Shown here: one piece after another, positions 1 through 13,117 of the stretch
Layout: the number at the start of each line of letters is the position of its first letter
Numbering within the stretch: the stretch's first letter is position 1
Assembly: GCF_009914755.1 (NCBI RefSeq)
Contig: NC_060947.1
Reading direction: 5' to 3' (one strand)
Source of the DNA: the human T2T-CHM13v2.0 reference genome, Homo sapiens
DNA length: 64,000 nt
Notes under the pieces: model-generated
What the model was told of the DNA's origin: nothing
Seen by the model: only the letters and a program-made list of their open reading frames with translations
Databases searched by the model: none
Position numbers and translations under genes: made by a program

Positions 1-811
1 ATTATGACTGTCTCTACTATGTCATGCAGGTTGTCAGGGAAGTGGGGGAAAGCCAGCAGTCACAGGCCTCAACCAGCTCCCACACAATCCGAAGGGCTGG
101 TCTCACTTCCACCGTGCCCACCCCCCGCCCAACAGCACCAAGTCTGTTTCCAGGTAGTGGGCAAGCAGGGCTGAGAACTTGCCCCAGGTTACCCTCCTCC
201 CAACTGTGAAAGCAAATGTGTCTTTTCTTCTTCCTTGCTTGTGGAGTCTGCACACTGGATTCATGCCCTCCCCTGAGTTCTGGCCAGGAGGCTTCTCAAA
301 CAGTTCAAATTGTTACAGAGTTTAGCTGGGGATTTTCTTCTCCCTGTGGTCTTTTCCCGGTGCCTCTGGCCACCCTCTTGAAGGGCCCCTGTGAGGCCAG
401 ACAAAAATGGCTTGCTAGGGAACCCGGTGAGCTCCCAGGGCTCTTCCTGTTGCTTCCTCTACCTCTGGATTTCGCTCAGCTCTCTGAATTGACTCAGCTA
501 AAGGTAAGATCAAAATCTTTTCTAGGTCAAAATCTAGGCCTTCAGTTTCCCCAGTAGGGATGTGTGTTCGGGGGCGGATGATCTCCCTTTCCCACCTCTT
601 CAGTTTGGGCACTCACAGTATTTGGGTTGTCTCCCAGGTCTTGCAGGAGCAATCTGCTTCTTTCAGGGGGTCTGTAGGTCCTCTCAGGTTTCCTGATTTG
701 TTCCTGCAGTCGTTCTGAAGCAAAAACTCATGATGCGAGCCTCTACATGCTGCTCTGTCCATCCGAATTGGAGCTGCAATCTAGTCCTGCATCCCATCCG
801 CCATGATCCCC
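1..811 (-). mobile_element. LINE-1 5' end/5'UTR (L1PB/L1PBa-like), runs off the window start
   Basis: Reverse complement begins gggatcatggcggatgggatgcaggactagattgcagctcc, homologous to the L1 5' end at 6523 (catggcagataggaggcaggactagcttgcagctcc). Confidence 0.75.
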
Positions 812-1840
812 TGAGAGTCTCTAGGTACTTTAGCAGCCTGAAGCCTTTCTGCTGAGAAATGCAGTGTAGGCTTTCATTGAGTACTGTTCACTTATGACAC
901 TATCAAACTAAATTCATGCCTACCAGTTGTACTGGAGACTTGCTAATAATGTCTTCCTCTTTCATTTTTTTTTTAACTTGACTAGGCACCAGGGCTGATT
1001 AGATCAGTTTGTTTTTTTTCCTACAATAATGATGTTTATTTCAGCCCTGAAATCTTTTGGTAATTTAAAAATGGTTGTTGTATAGCATTTGCACTGGTAG
1101 ATATAACAATTGTGCTTTGTTGTTTTCCATGTTGTGAAACTAGCTAAGAATTACCCTAACAGTGACGTTGCCAATTCTGTCTCTTGTCCGAAAAAAATAT
1201 GAACTACCCTTACTTGGAGATAGTAAATGCTGGATTATTTGTGTTTCTGAAAAGATTTGCCAGTCTAGGGATATTACTGTATTAGTTAGAGTAAATGCTA
1301 GGCATATCACTTCTTCAAATAATGATTCAGGGACTGAAACTCCTTTCATCTTATGGCAATGCCATCTTTAACATGGCATTCTAGGCTCTGTTTTTATTCC
1401 AGTCAACTAGAAGGAAAAAAAGAACATGGAGAATATTATATAGGAGAGCAGGATTGGAGATGATACATATCACTTTGGTTCATAATCCATTGGGCAAAAA
1501 TTAATCACATGAATATAACTAACTATAGGGGATACTGGCAAATATGGTCCAGATACATGGCCATTCTAAGGAAAAGGAAACAGGTTTTCATGAACAGATA
1601 GTATCTATAATAATTAACTTTGGAGCAACCACTAGAAAGCTAAACCATTCCTTCTACCTGTTTCCTTTTCACTGGTGCAACAGAGCCACTGGGGAACAGA
1701 CACGCTGCTTCCCACTCCTGTTGTCTTTTCTGATGTGTCCTTAACTTCTAGGTGGAAGGAGCTAGACACTAACCTTACTGATTGTGAAAGATGATTGATC
1801 CAGAGATCAAGAATCATTTAGTGAATGCCATGTTAGGTAA

Positions 1841-2260
1841 CGTATTAGTCCATTTACGTTGCTATAAAGGAATACCTGAGACTGGGTAATTTATAAAGAA
1901 AGAGGTTTATTTTGGTTCCCAGTTCTGTAGGCTGTACAGGAAGCATGGTGATGGCATTCATTTCTGGTGAGGGCCTCAGGAAGCTTACAGTCATGGCACA
2001 AGGCAAAGAAGGAGCAGGTATATCACATGGCAAGTGAGGGAGCAAGACAGAAAGGGGGTGGGTCACAGATTTTTTTAAACAACCAGACCTCATGCTAACT
2101 ACCTGAGAAAGAACTCACTCATCACCAAGAAGATGGTGCTAAGCCATTCATGAGAAACCTGTTCCCATGACCTAAACACCTCCCACCAGGCCCACCAACA
2201 ACATTGGAGGTCACATATCAACATGAGATTTGGAGGGAACAAAACATTCAAACCATATCA
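1841..2260 (-). mobile_element. MaLR solo LTR (MST family, MSTA/MSTB-like)
   Basis: Termini (c)gtattagtcc...aaaccatatca; internal ataaaggaatacctgagactgggtaatttataaagaaa; degenerate 5-bp TSD ggtaa/gctaa. Confidence 0.85.
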
Positions 2261-2539
2261 GCTAATGATAAACTGCTAAAGAAAGTTGTATCACCTACAT
2301 TTTTTCACTTTATCTTTTCCTCACAGGTTTGCTTAGAGGTAAGGAAACTGGGATCTCCCTCCGGTTCTTGCTGAAAGGAGACACTTAGCTGTGTTCTGAA
2401 GTATCAGCAGGCCAGAGCTGGTACCCACATGTGACATTATCAAAAGTAGAGATGAGCAAATATTTACCAAGCAATCAACATGTGCCAAATACTTGCTAGG
2501 AGCTGAGGACACAGAGGTTAATAAGATGGTTAAAAACAG

Positions 2540-3370
2540 TAATGAAATATCTCTTTTCTCTGATAATATTGGCAAAATTTAAAAGGCTGACAATAGCAAG
2601 TGTTGGTAAGGAGATAGGGAAATGAAACTCTTGAACAATGCTGATGGGAGTAAAAGTCAGTACAGCCACATTGTAGAGCAATTTGTCAGTGTCTCTTAAA
2701 AAAATTCACATACCCTATAATCCAGCAGTTTTACTTCTAAGTCTTTTTACTAGAGTAACACACATGCATACACATAGGCATGTAGTAAAGCACTTCATCA
2801 TAAATTTCATGATAAATTTTTCATAATAGCAAGATCTTGGAAACAATCTAAATGTCCATCAATAGGGACAAAAATGGTTAAAATGGGGGTACATCCATAT
2901 AATGGAAAGCAATTAAAGTGAATTACCTAGATATATCTATCATCATGGATATATTTCATAAACACTTTTGAGTGAAAGAAGCAAGTGGCAGAATGATGTA
3001 CACAGCCACATGATATTTGGGAAAATGTGCAAACCAATACTGTATATTTTATATGGATATAGGTTATGTCTGTAGATGTATACAAAAAGATTGGAAGGCT
3101 ACACATCAAACTCATATTACTGTTTGGTTACCTTTGGAAAAGCAGTGAAGGGATAGAGCATGGGGGTGGAGGTCAAGGGGGCTTTTGGCTTTACCTATAA
3201 TATTCTATTCTGAAATAATAAACGGTATTTTTATAAGTTATTTTTAAGTGTGGAAAAACTGGAAGTAAAAGTGCCAAAAGGTTAATAGTGGTTACTTGTG
3301 AAAGTTAAAAAACTGGGTGATTGTTTTATTATTCTCTGTACTCTTCTGAATGTTTTAAAATTACTGGCAA
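2540..3370 (+). mobile_element. Old L1M (L1ME-like) 3' fragment
   Basis: Degenerate L1 ORF2-end/3'UTR motifs (aagtgttggtaagga, tataatccagcagttttacttctaag, aaacaatctaaatgtccatcaatagg). Boundaries approximate. Confidence 0.6.
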
Positions 3371-3654
3371 CAAAAAGGGCATATAGGGAAAAAACCGAAA
3401 ATACCCATCGTCCATGACTTTAAAGAGCTTGCTCTCTAATAGGGGAAAGATAGGCATAAAGAGGTAAAGAGTGCTGAGAGAACAAAGAAAAGAGTCTCCT
3501 AACTTAGGCTCAGGGGTCTAATAAATGCTTCCTAGAGAATATGCCAATGATTTAGGCCTTGAAGATCAAGTATGAGCTTTCTAAGTGAAGGAGCTGCATC
3601 CAGGCAAAAGAAGGGGCATAAGCAACAGTGTGGAGATAAAGAGTAGCATATTGT

Positions 3655-3962
3655 GACTGGGCGCGGTCGCTCACATCTGTAATCCCAGCACTTTGGGAGG
3701 TCGAGGCGGGTGGATAACAAGGTCAGGAAATGGAGACCATCTTGGCTAACACTGTGAAAACCCATCTCTACTAAAAATACACACAAAAAATTAGCCGGGC
3801 ATGGTGGCGGGTGCCTATATTCCCAGCTACTCAGGAGGCTGAGGCAGGAGAATGGCGTGAACCCAGGAGGCAGAGGTAGCAGTGAGCCGAGATTGTGACA
3901 CTGCACTCCAGCCTGGGCGACAGAGCGAGACTCCTTCTCAAAAAAAAAAAAAAAAAAAAAAA
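3655..3962 (+). mobile_element. AluY-like SINE
   Basis: Full dimer with AluY-type agaatggcgtgaaccc, long A tail, TSD ~agtagcata(t/g)tgt on both sides. Confidence 0.92.
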
Positions 3963-4400
3963 GTAGCATAGTGTATGAGGAAACTCCAGTTGGTTTTGTT
4001 TGTCTGGAGTATACATTCTTAGGTAGGAGGTTGAGGCAGGAAATGAAACAATGTGGGTACATACAAACTGGAAAGGTTTCACTAAGGAACTTGAATATTT
4101 TCTTATTAGAATTACTAAGATGTATTGAATGATTTATCATGTGCTAGGCAGTGTGTGAAGCTTTGTACATGTACATCATTTAATTTTCTCCACAGCCTGT
4201 AAGAGGTAGGTGCTATTATTATCTTTGTTTTAGAGAAAGGAAACCGAGGTTCACTGAGAGAATCATGTATGTATTTGGGCAGTGAAATACTTTTTAGTTG
4301 ATTGATTGAGATCTGGAGGTCCCACTGAGGAGATTCCACGCTAGAATGCTGTGCACACTTACGAGTTGTTTCCTAGCTGTGGGGATGAGTTTGCACTAAG

Positions 4401-4590
4401 CTAGTGATTCCTGAATGTTGGTGAGCATCAAAGTCACTTGGTGGAGCTTATTATCATTCAGCTCCCTGGGCTCCAATCTATAGGTTCTGATTCAGCAGGT
4501 CTGGGGTGGAACCCAGGAATCTGTAGGTTTAATACTCACCTCTGATTGTGATTGTGATGCAGGTGGGCCTGGGATCACACTGTGAACAAT
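4401..4590. mobile_element. MER5-like hAT DNA transposon remnant
   Basis: ttctgattcagcaggtctggggtggaacccaggaatctg resembles the MER5A core; degenerate ends. Confidence 0.55.
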
Positions 4591-6156
4591 CCCAACACTA
4601 TTGCCTTTTCTTTCTTAACATCTTTGGACCACTGGTGTTCATTTTAAGCATGGCTGCCCAGGAGCAGGTCAAAACTCTAACTATATATTACAAAAATTAG
4701 CTCTACTACCTTGGAACTCCATTTTGCTTAGATAATCAGTCACAGACCTAAATAGAAAAAGCCCATTGGCAAAAACTGTAGAGTGAACAGGGGCCTTCAG
4801 TTTCTCACCTGAGCTCTTCCAGCTCCTAGTGCTCATTAGGCCCAGGGCTAAGTGCTTGATAAATGTATAGTATACACTGCTGGGTGGTCAGCTGATTAGG
4901 CTGAGCATGACCATAAAGAAGAGTGATAAATTGTAGGTAAGTCATCAAGTTTGTATTTTACAAGCAAATACATTACACATATAAATTACTTAGAAACCAA
5001 CTGGATTTGTGGGCGAGAAATTCTACAAATGGGATGCAGAGGACACAGTCTAATATTGCCATCACACATCACAGAAAACAGAGGCTCAGGGACTATCCAA
5101 TAGCCTTGATTCAGAGATATCTCATTCATATTCCTGTCACAGTGTAAACTCTAACCTTTCCCCACTCCATTCCATTGGCATGGGTGAGTTTCTTCCGGGT
5201 CTCCTGGAAGAATGTTTATTTCTGTCTCCTGTGTCACTGGGAGCAATAGGTAGGAGCAGAAAATTCATGTTCAAAACTCTCCATTTCCTTCTCCTTAAAG
5301 CCTAGATAGATGGTTAGGAGATTAATGGAGCCTTTTGAAGTTGGAGATGAAAATCCTATTGAATCACAGCAGCATGGTCTCTTTGCTTCCCATGATGGTC
5401 CTGTATTCTTGCCTTTCTTTTGAAGTGATATCAATTTGACGAATTGGTCGAGGCTGTCATGTTTTACAATGATGTGGCTCCACCTGTTTGCCTTTTTAGG
5501 GCCACACTCAAGATTATGTTAATATAGTACAGCTTTAAGAAAGGAAATGGTTATTTTTTGGCTTAAATGTGTCCAGAATGTGGGCAAAGGATAAAAACAT
5601 AACATAATGCATTGGTTTTTTATGTGCTCATTCACCTTTGTACTTAGCATTGAAAATTCTGACTAAAAAGTGTTCTTTCCCCACAACCCCTTTAATAATT
5701 ATTTTGTTGAAATTTTATCTTCCTCCTGATACTGTGGTTATATCTCTTCACACTTTCTGGTCTTTTGTAAGTTCTGTGTCCTTTTCTGACCAAAACACAT
5801 TTATATGCTGCACTCGCATGATGTCCATGTGACTAAAAGTGAAAGATCCAGTTAAACAAACTCGTTTGTGTGTGCGTGTGTGTTTCTTCCCTGTGGATTC
5901 AACTATTTTTCCCCCAGATTTTCTGTGATATATACACACCCCATGTGCATGAGGAGCAAACTATTAAAATGGGCATTAGAAATGATGGAGTCATGAGGCT
6001 GACAGAATCTGAAGCTATCTTCTGATACAGCTCCTGCATACAGGCAGGTAAATATTTAGTCTCTTTAAGATAAGTAGTCATCTTATCTCTTCTTCAAGGG
6101 CTTTACACACTATTTTGATTATTTAGTCCAGTGTTTTGTCTCCACAGTCAAGATAT

Positions 6157-6522
6157 TCTTCCTCATGATTAGTGATGTTGAACATTTCTTTCATCTATTT
6201 GTTGGCTATTTATATGTCTTCTTTTGAGGAATGTATATTCAGATCCTTTGCCCATTTTTAATTGGGTTATTTGTTTTCTTGCTATTGTTTTGAGTTTCTT
6301 ATATATCCTTACCAGATGTATGGCTTTGAAACATTTCTTGTCCAGTCTTTAGGTGACCTCTTCACTCTGTTAATTGTTTCCTTTGTTGTGCAGAAGCTTT
6401 TTTAATTTGATGTAATCCTATTTGTTTACTTTTGGTTTTCATTGCAAATTAAACTACAAGGAGATAACACTTCACACCTATCAGAATAGCAATTATCAAA
6501 AAGACAAAATATAAGTGTTGGA
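6157..6522. mobile_element. L1MA-like fragment with 5' inversion (minus 6157-6445, plus 6443-6522)
   Basis: Minus piece ends in sense ...catcactaatca; plus piece starts tgcaaattaaactacaaggagata, which follows it in L1 ORF2. Confidence 0.65.
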
Positions 6523-9500
6523 TTAACATGGCAGATAGGAGGCAGGACTAGCTTGCAGCTCCCGCTTGGACAGAGAGAGCAGCATGTGGAGACTCACATT
6601 GTGAACTTTTGCTCCAAGAACTACCACAGGAACATACCAGCAAAGGAGAGAGAATCCACAGACCATTTGAAGGAACTGGATCAATGCTGCAGGCTCCCTG
6701 AGATGCTGAAAAACTGTAAGTCTGCTTGCCTTCTCAATGAGGAGGTTTGTGGTCCAGGGCAAGTACTCAGTCCTGGTCACTGGCTGCCTGAAAATAGGCT
6801 CAGTGTTGTTGGGGAGGAACAGTGGGAGTGAGACTGGCCTTTAGGACTGCGGGCTGTGAGGGAGTAGGATGAGGCCTGTGACTTTCCTCCACTTCCTTGG
6901 TGACCTGTATGACTCAGCAGAGGCAGCCATAATCCCCCTAGGAATATAACTCCACTGGACTGTGAACTAAACTCAACTCCCATCCCCCACAGCAGCCTCA
7001 GCAAGCCCTGCCCAAGGAGAGGCTGAGCTCAGACACGTCAATCCCTGACCCCACCTGGTGGTCATTCTCTACCTGTCCTGGTAGCCAAAGACAAAAGTCA
7101 TAATCTCTTGGGAGCTCTATGGCCCCGCCCAGCACCTGAGAAACCTGAATACTTAACCAGGTGTCCCTAGGGCAAGTTTGCATCCTCCTTGTAGGACCGC
7201 AACTGATGCACTCTTGAAAGCGCCACCTCCTGGCTAAAGGCTAGCCAACACAAAACCAGTGCATGAAACAAAAACACAACCAAGGAACCTCACAGAGTCT
7301 ACTTCACTCCCCTGCTGCCTCCACTGGAGCAGGTGCTGGTATCCATGGCTGCAAGACCTGAAGATGGATAACATCACAGGACTCTTTGTAGACACTCCTC
7401 AGTACCAGCCGAGAGCCTGGTAGGTCCACTGGATGGCTAGACCCAGAAAAAGAAAGACAATCACTACAGTTCAGCTCTCAGGAATCCCCATTCCTATGGG
7501 AAGAGTGAGACCACCACATCAAGGGAGCATCCTGTGGGATAAAAGAATCTGAACAGCAGCCCTTGAATACCAGATCTTCCATCTGACACAGTCTACCCAA
7601 ATGAGAAGGAACCGGAAAAACAATTCTGGTAATATGACAAAACAAGGTTCTTTAACTCCCTGAAAAGATCATACTCAGCTCACTAGCAATGGATCCAAAC
7701 CAAGATGAAATCTCTGAATTGCCAGAAAAAGAATTCAGAAGGTCAATTATTAAGCTAATCAAGGAGGCACCAGAGAAAGGTGAACTCCACCTTAAATAAA
7801 TCAAAAACTTGATACAGGATATGAAAGGAAAATTCTTCAGTGAAATAGAGAGCATAAATAAAAAACAGTCACAATTTCTGGAAATGAAGGACACACTTAG
7901 AGAAATGCAAAAGGCACTGGAAAGTCTCAGCAATAGAATCAAACAAGCAGAAGAAAGAACTTCAGAACTCGAAGACAAGGCTTTTGAATTAACCCAAACT
8001 GTCTAAGACAAAGAAAAAAGAATTTTAAAAAATGAACAAAGCCTCCAAGAACTTTGGGACTACGTTAAACATCCAAACCTAAGAATAATTGGTATTTCTG
8101 AGGAAGAAGAAAAATCCAAAGGTTTGGAAAACATATTTGAGGATATAATTGAGGAAAACTTTCCTGGCTCATATGGTTCGGCTATGTCCCCATCGAAATC
8201 TCATCTTGAATTCCCAGGTGTTGTGGGAGGGACCTGGTGATAGGTAACTGAATCATGGGGGCAAGTCTTTCTCATGCTGTTCTTGTGCTAATGAATGAGT
8301 CTCATGAGATCTGATGGTTTTATAAAGAAGAGTTACCCTGCACAAGTTCTCTCTCTATGCCTGCTGCCATCCATGTATGACATGGCTTGCTCTGCCTAGC
8401 CTTCCACCATGATTGTGAAGCTTCCCCCCACATGGAACTGTAAGTCCATTACCCCCCCCCACCTTTTTTTTAATTGCTCAGTCTCAGGTATGTCTTTATC
8501 AGCAGCATGAAAATGAACTAACACTGGCCTTGCTAGAGATCTAGACATCCAAATACAAGAAGCTCAAAGCACACCTGGGAAATTCATGGTAAAAATATCA
8601 TTGCCTAGGCACATAGTCATCAGGTTATCTAAAGTCAAGATGAAGGAAAGAACCTTAAAAGCTGTGAGGCAAAAGCATCAGGTAACATATAAAGGAAAAC
8701 CTATCAGATTAACAGCAGATTTCTCAGCAGAAACCCTATAACCTAGAAGTGATTGGGGTTCTATATTCAGCTTCCTTAAACAAAACAATTATCAGTGAAG
8801 AATTTTGTATCCAGTGAAAGTAAGCCTCATAAATGAAGGAAAGATGCAGTCTTTTCCAGACAAGCAAATGCTGAGAGAATTCACCACTACCAAGCCAGCA
8901 CTACAAGAACTGCTAAAAGGGGCTCTAAATCTTGAAATAAATCCTCAAGATACACCAAAATAGAACCTCCTTAAAGCATAAACCTCACAGGACTTATATA
9001 ACAAAAACACACTTTAAAAAACCAATGTGTTCAGGCAACAAATAGCATGATGAATAGAATAGTACGTCACATCTCAATACTAACATTGAATGTAAATGGA
9101 CTAAACACTCCACTTAAAAGATACAGAATAACAGAATGGATAAGAATTCGCCAACCAAGTTGCTGCCTTCTTCAGGAGACTCACCTAACACATAAGGACT
9201 CACATAAACTTAAGGTGGGAAAAGATATTCCATGCAAATGGATATCAAAAGTGAGCAGGAGTAGCTATTCTTGTATCAGACAAAACAAACATTAAAGCAA
9301 CAGCAGTTAAAAAGAAACAAAGAGGGACATTATATAATGATAAAAGGACTAGTCAACAGGAAAATATCACAATTCTAAATATATATGCACTTAACACTGG
9401 AGCTCCCAAATTTATAAAACAATTACTACTAGACCTAAGAAATGAGATAGCAATACAATAATATTGTGGGACTTCAATACTCCAACGACAGCACTAGACA

Positions 9501-10222
9501 GGTCATCAAGACAGAAGGTCAACAAAGAAACAGTGAACTTACACTATACCCTAAAGCAAATGGGCTTAACAGCTACCTATAGAACATTATGCCCAACAAC
9601 TGCAGAATATACATTCTGTTCATCAGCACATGGAACATTCTCCAAGATAGACCATATGATAGCCTACAAAACAAGTCTCAGTAAATTTAAGGAAATCAAA
9701 ATTACGTCAAGTACTTTCTCAGACCACAATGGAATAAAACTGGAAATCAACTCCAAAAGAAACGCTGCAAACCATGCAAATACATGGAAATTAAATAACC
9801 TGCTCCTGAATGATCATTGGGTCAACAATGAAATCAAGATGGAAATTTAAAAATTACTTGAACTGAACGATAATTGTGACACAACCTATCCAAACCTCTG
9901 GGATACAGAAAAAGCAGTGCTAAGAGGAAAGTTCATAGAATTAAATGCCTACATAAAAAAAGTCTGAAAGAGCACAAATAGACAATCTAAGGTCACACCT
10001 CAAGGAACTAGAGAAACAAGAACAAACCAAACCCAAACCCAGCAGCAGAAAAGAGATAACAAAGATCAGAGCAGAACTAAGTGAAATTGAAACAAAAACA
10101 TACAAAAGATAAACGAAACAAAAAGCTGGTTCTTTGAAAAGATAAACAAAATTGATAGAACATTAGCGAGACTAACCAAGAAATGAAGAGAGAAAATCCA
10201 AATAAACTCAATTAGAAACATA
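6523..10222 (+). mobile_element. L1PB-like LINE-1, 5' half: 5'UTR, decayed ORF1 (~7600-8960), decayed ORF2 endonuclease region (9047-10222)
   Basis: ORF1-like peptide MKDTLREMQKALESLSNRIKQAEERTSELEDK; ORF2 EN peptides HISILTLNVNGLNTPLKR, LQETHL, DFNTP, FSKIDHM, SDHNGIKLEIN; multiple stops and frameshifts. Confidence 0.92.
8169..8523 (+). mobile_element. THE1 (THE1C-like) MaLR solo LTR inserted in L1 ORF1
   Basis: tcatatggttcggctatgtccccatcgaaatctcatcttgaattc...aactaaca; exact 5-bp TSD ctggc (8164-8168, 8524-8528). Confidence 0.9.
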
Positions 10223-11438
10223 ACTTTTTATTTTTATTTTTATTTATTTTTCAATTTTTAAGTTCAAGGGTACATGTGCAGGTTTATTAATAAACCCATG
10301 TCGTGGGGTTTTATTGTACAGATTATTTCATCGCCCATGTATTAAGCCTAGTACGCTTTGTTATTTTTCCTGATCCTCTTCCTCTTCCCAGCCTCCACCC
10401 TCTTAGGCTCCAGTGTCTGTTGTTCCGCTCTATGTGTCCATGTGTTCTCATCACTTAGCTCCCCTGTATAAGTGAGAACATAAAGTATTTGATTTTCTGT
10501 TCCTGCGTTAGTTTGCTAAGTATAGTGGCCTCCAACTTCATCCATTTTCCTGCAAAGGACATGATCTCATTCTTTTTATGGCTGTATTGTATTCCACGGT
10601 GTATATGTACCACATTTTCTCTACCTAGTCTTCCAGTGAAGGGTATTTAGGTTGATTCCATGTCTTTGCTATTGTGAATAATGCTGCAATGAATACACAT
10701 GTGCATGTGTCTCTATAATAGAATGATTTATATTTCTTTTGGTGAATACTCAGTAAAGGGATTGCTGGGTGAAATGGTAGTTCTGTTTTCAGCTCTTTGA
10801 GGAATTGCCACACTGCTTTTCACAATAGTTGAACTAATTTACACTCCCAGCAACAGAATATAAGCATTTCCTTTTCTCCCCAACCTTGTCAGCATCTATT
10901 TTTTTGATTTTTTAGCAATGGCCATTCTGACAGGTATGAGATGGTATCTCATTGTGGTTTTGATGTGCATTTCTTTAATGATCAGTGATGTTGGCCTTTT
11001 TCCTGTGTTTTTTGGCCACGTGTATGTCTTCCTTTGAAAAGTGTCTGTTCCTGTCTTTTGCCCACTTTTTAATGTGGTTGTTTCTTTCTTGTAAATTTGT
11101 TTAAGTTATTTATAGATGCTGGATGTTAGACCTTTGTCAGATATACAGTCTGCAAAATTTTTTTCCCATTCTGTAGATTGTCTGTGTATTCTGTTGATAG
11201 TTTCTTTTGCTGTGCAGAGCAGAAGTTCTTTAGTTTAGTTAGATCTCATTTGCCAATTTTTGCTTTTGTTGCAATTGCTTTTGGCATCTGCGTCATGAAA
11301 TGTTTGCCTGTTCTGATATCCATAATGGTATTGCCTGGGTTGTCTTCCAGGGTTTTTATAGTTTGGGGTTTTACATTTAAGTATTTAGTCTATCTTGAGT
11401 TTATTTTTGTATACAGTGTAAGAAAGGGGTCTAGTTTC

Positions 11439-11733
11439 CTTTTTTTTTTTTTTTGAGATGGAGTCTTGCTCTGTCGCCCAGCCTGGAGTGCAGTGGTGTG
11501 ATCTCCGCTCACTGTAGCTCTGCCTCCCGAGTTCACACCATTCTCCTGCCTCAGCCTCCCGAGTAGCTGGGACTACAGGCACCAGCCACCATGCCCGGCT
11601 AATTTTTTGTATTTTCAGTAGAGATGGGTTTCACCATGTTAGCCAGGATGGTCTCGATCTCCTGTCTTTGTGATCCACCCGCCTTGGCCTCCCAAAGTGC
11701 TGGGATTACATGCATGAGCCACCACACCCGGCC
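11439..11733 (-). mobile_element. AluY-like SINE inside L1
   Basis: Perfect 18-bp TSD agaaaggggtctagtttc (11421-11438, 11734-11751); ttcacaccattctcctgcc and atgttagccaggatggtctcgatc. Confidence 0.93.
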
Positions 11734-12529
11734 AGAAAGGGGTCTAGTTTCAATCTTCTGCATATGGCTAGCCAGTTCTCCCAGCACTATTTATTGAATA
11801 GGAAATGCTTTCCCCGTTGCTTATTTTTTGTCAGTTTTGTCGAAAATCTGATAGTCGTAGATGTGCAGCCTTATTTCTGGGCTCTCTATTCTGTTCCATT
11901 GGTCTATGTGTCTGTTTTTGTATCAGTACCATGCTGTTTTGGTTACCATAGCCCTGTGGAGTTGGAGAGCATGATGCCTCCAGCTCTGTTCTTTTTGCTT
12001 AGGATTGCCTTGGCTATTTAGGCTTTTTTGGTTCCAAATGAATTTTAAAATAGTTTTTTGTTGTTCTGTGAAGAATGTCAGTGGTAGTTTGGTAGAAATA
12101 GCATTGAATCTATACATTGCTTTGGGCAGTATGGCCATTATAACAATATTGATTTTTCCTATCCATAAGCATGGCATGTTTTTCTGTTTGTGTCATCTCT
12201 GATTTCTGTGAGCAGTGTTTTGTAGTTCTCCTTGTACAGATTTCACCTTCCTGGTTAGCTGTATTCCTAGGTATAATATTTTATTCTCTTTGTGTCAGTT
12301 GTGAATGGGATTGCATTCCTGATTTGGCTCTCAGCTTCACTGCTGTTGGTGTATAGGAATTCTAGTGATTTTTGTACATTAATTTTGTATCCTGAGACTT
12401 TGCTGAAGTTTTTATCAACTGAAGGGGCTTTTGGGCTGAGACTGTGGGGTTTCCTAGATAAAAGATCATATTGTCTGAAAACAGGGATAGTTTCGCTTTC
12501 TCTCTTCCTATTTTGGATACCATTTCTTT

Positions 12530-13117
12530 CTTTTTTTTTAAATTTATTATACTTCAAGTTCTAGGGTACATGTGCACAACGTGCAGGTTTGTTACACATG
12601 TATACATGTGCCATGTTGGTGTGCTGCACCCATTAACTTGTCATTTACATTAGGTATATCTCCAAATGCTTTCCTTCCCCGCTCCCCCCACCCCATGACA
12701 GGCCCCAGTGTGTGATGTTCCCCTTCCTGTGTCCAAGTGTTCTCATTGTTCAATTCCCACCTATGAGTGAGAACATGTGTTGTTCGGTTTTCTGTCCTTG
12801 CGATAGTTTGCTGAGAATGATGGTTTCCAGCTTCATCCATGTCCCTACAAAGGACATGAGCTCATCCTTTTTTATGGCTGCATAGTATTCCATGGTGTAT
12901 ATGTGCCACATTTTCTTAATCCAGTCTATCATTGATGGACATTTGGGTTGGTTCCAAGTCTTTGCTATTGTGAATAGTGCTGCAATAAACATGCGTGTGC
13001 ATGTGTCTTTATAGCAGCATGATTTATAATCCTTTGGGTATATACCCAGTAATGGGATTGCTGGGTCAAATGGTATTTCTAGTTCTAGATCCTTGAGGAA
13101 TCGCCACAGTGTCTTCC
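12530..13117 (-). mobile_element. 5'-truncated young L1PA (L1PA3/4-like) nested in the older L1
   Basis: Poly-T then ttctagggtacatgtgcacaacgtgcagg; nearly intact ORF2 C-terminal peptide [41 protein letters not shown]...HMFSLIGGN; host L1 resumes at ~13118. Confidence 0.9.

Noticed and set aside
3532-4140. 202-aa ORF and similar ORFs at 20619, 26630 and 62778
   Set aside because: Alu-derived translations ([20 protein letters not shown]).
5200-5490. Non-repetitive-looking stretch with a minus-strand 66-aa ORF and downstream AATAAA
   Set aside because: No polypyrimidine acceptor, no clear start and no recognisable homology; not enough to call an exon.
1-7000. Head-to-head L1PB 5'UTRs as a functional inverted repeat or bidirectional promoter
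   Set aside because: Old, CpG-depleted and diverged; independent insertions explain it.
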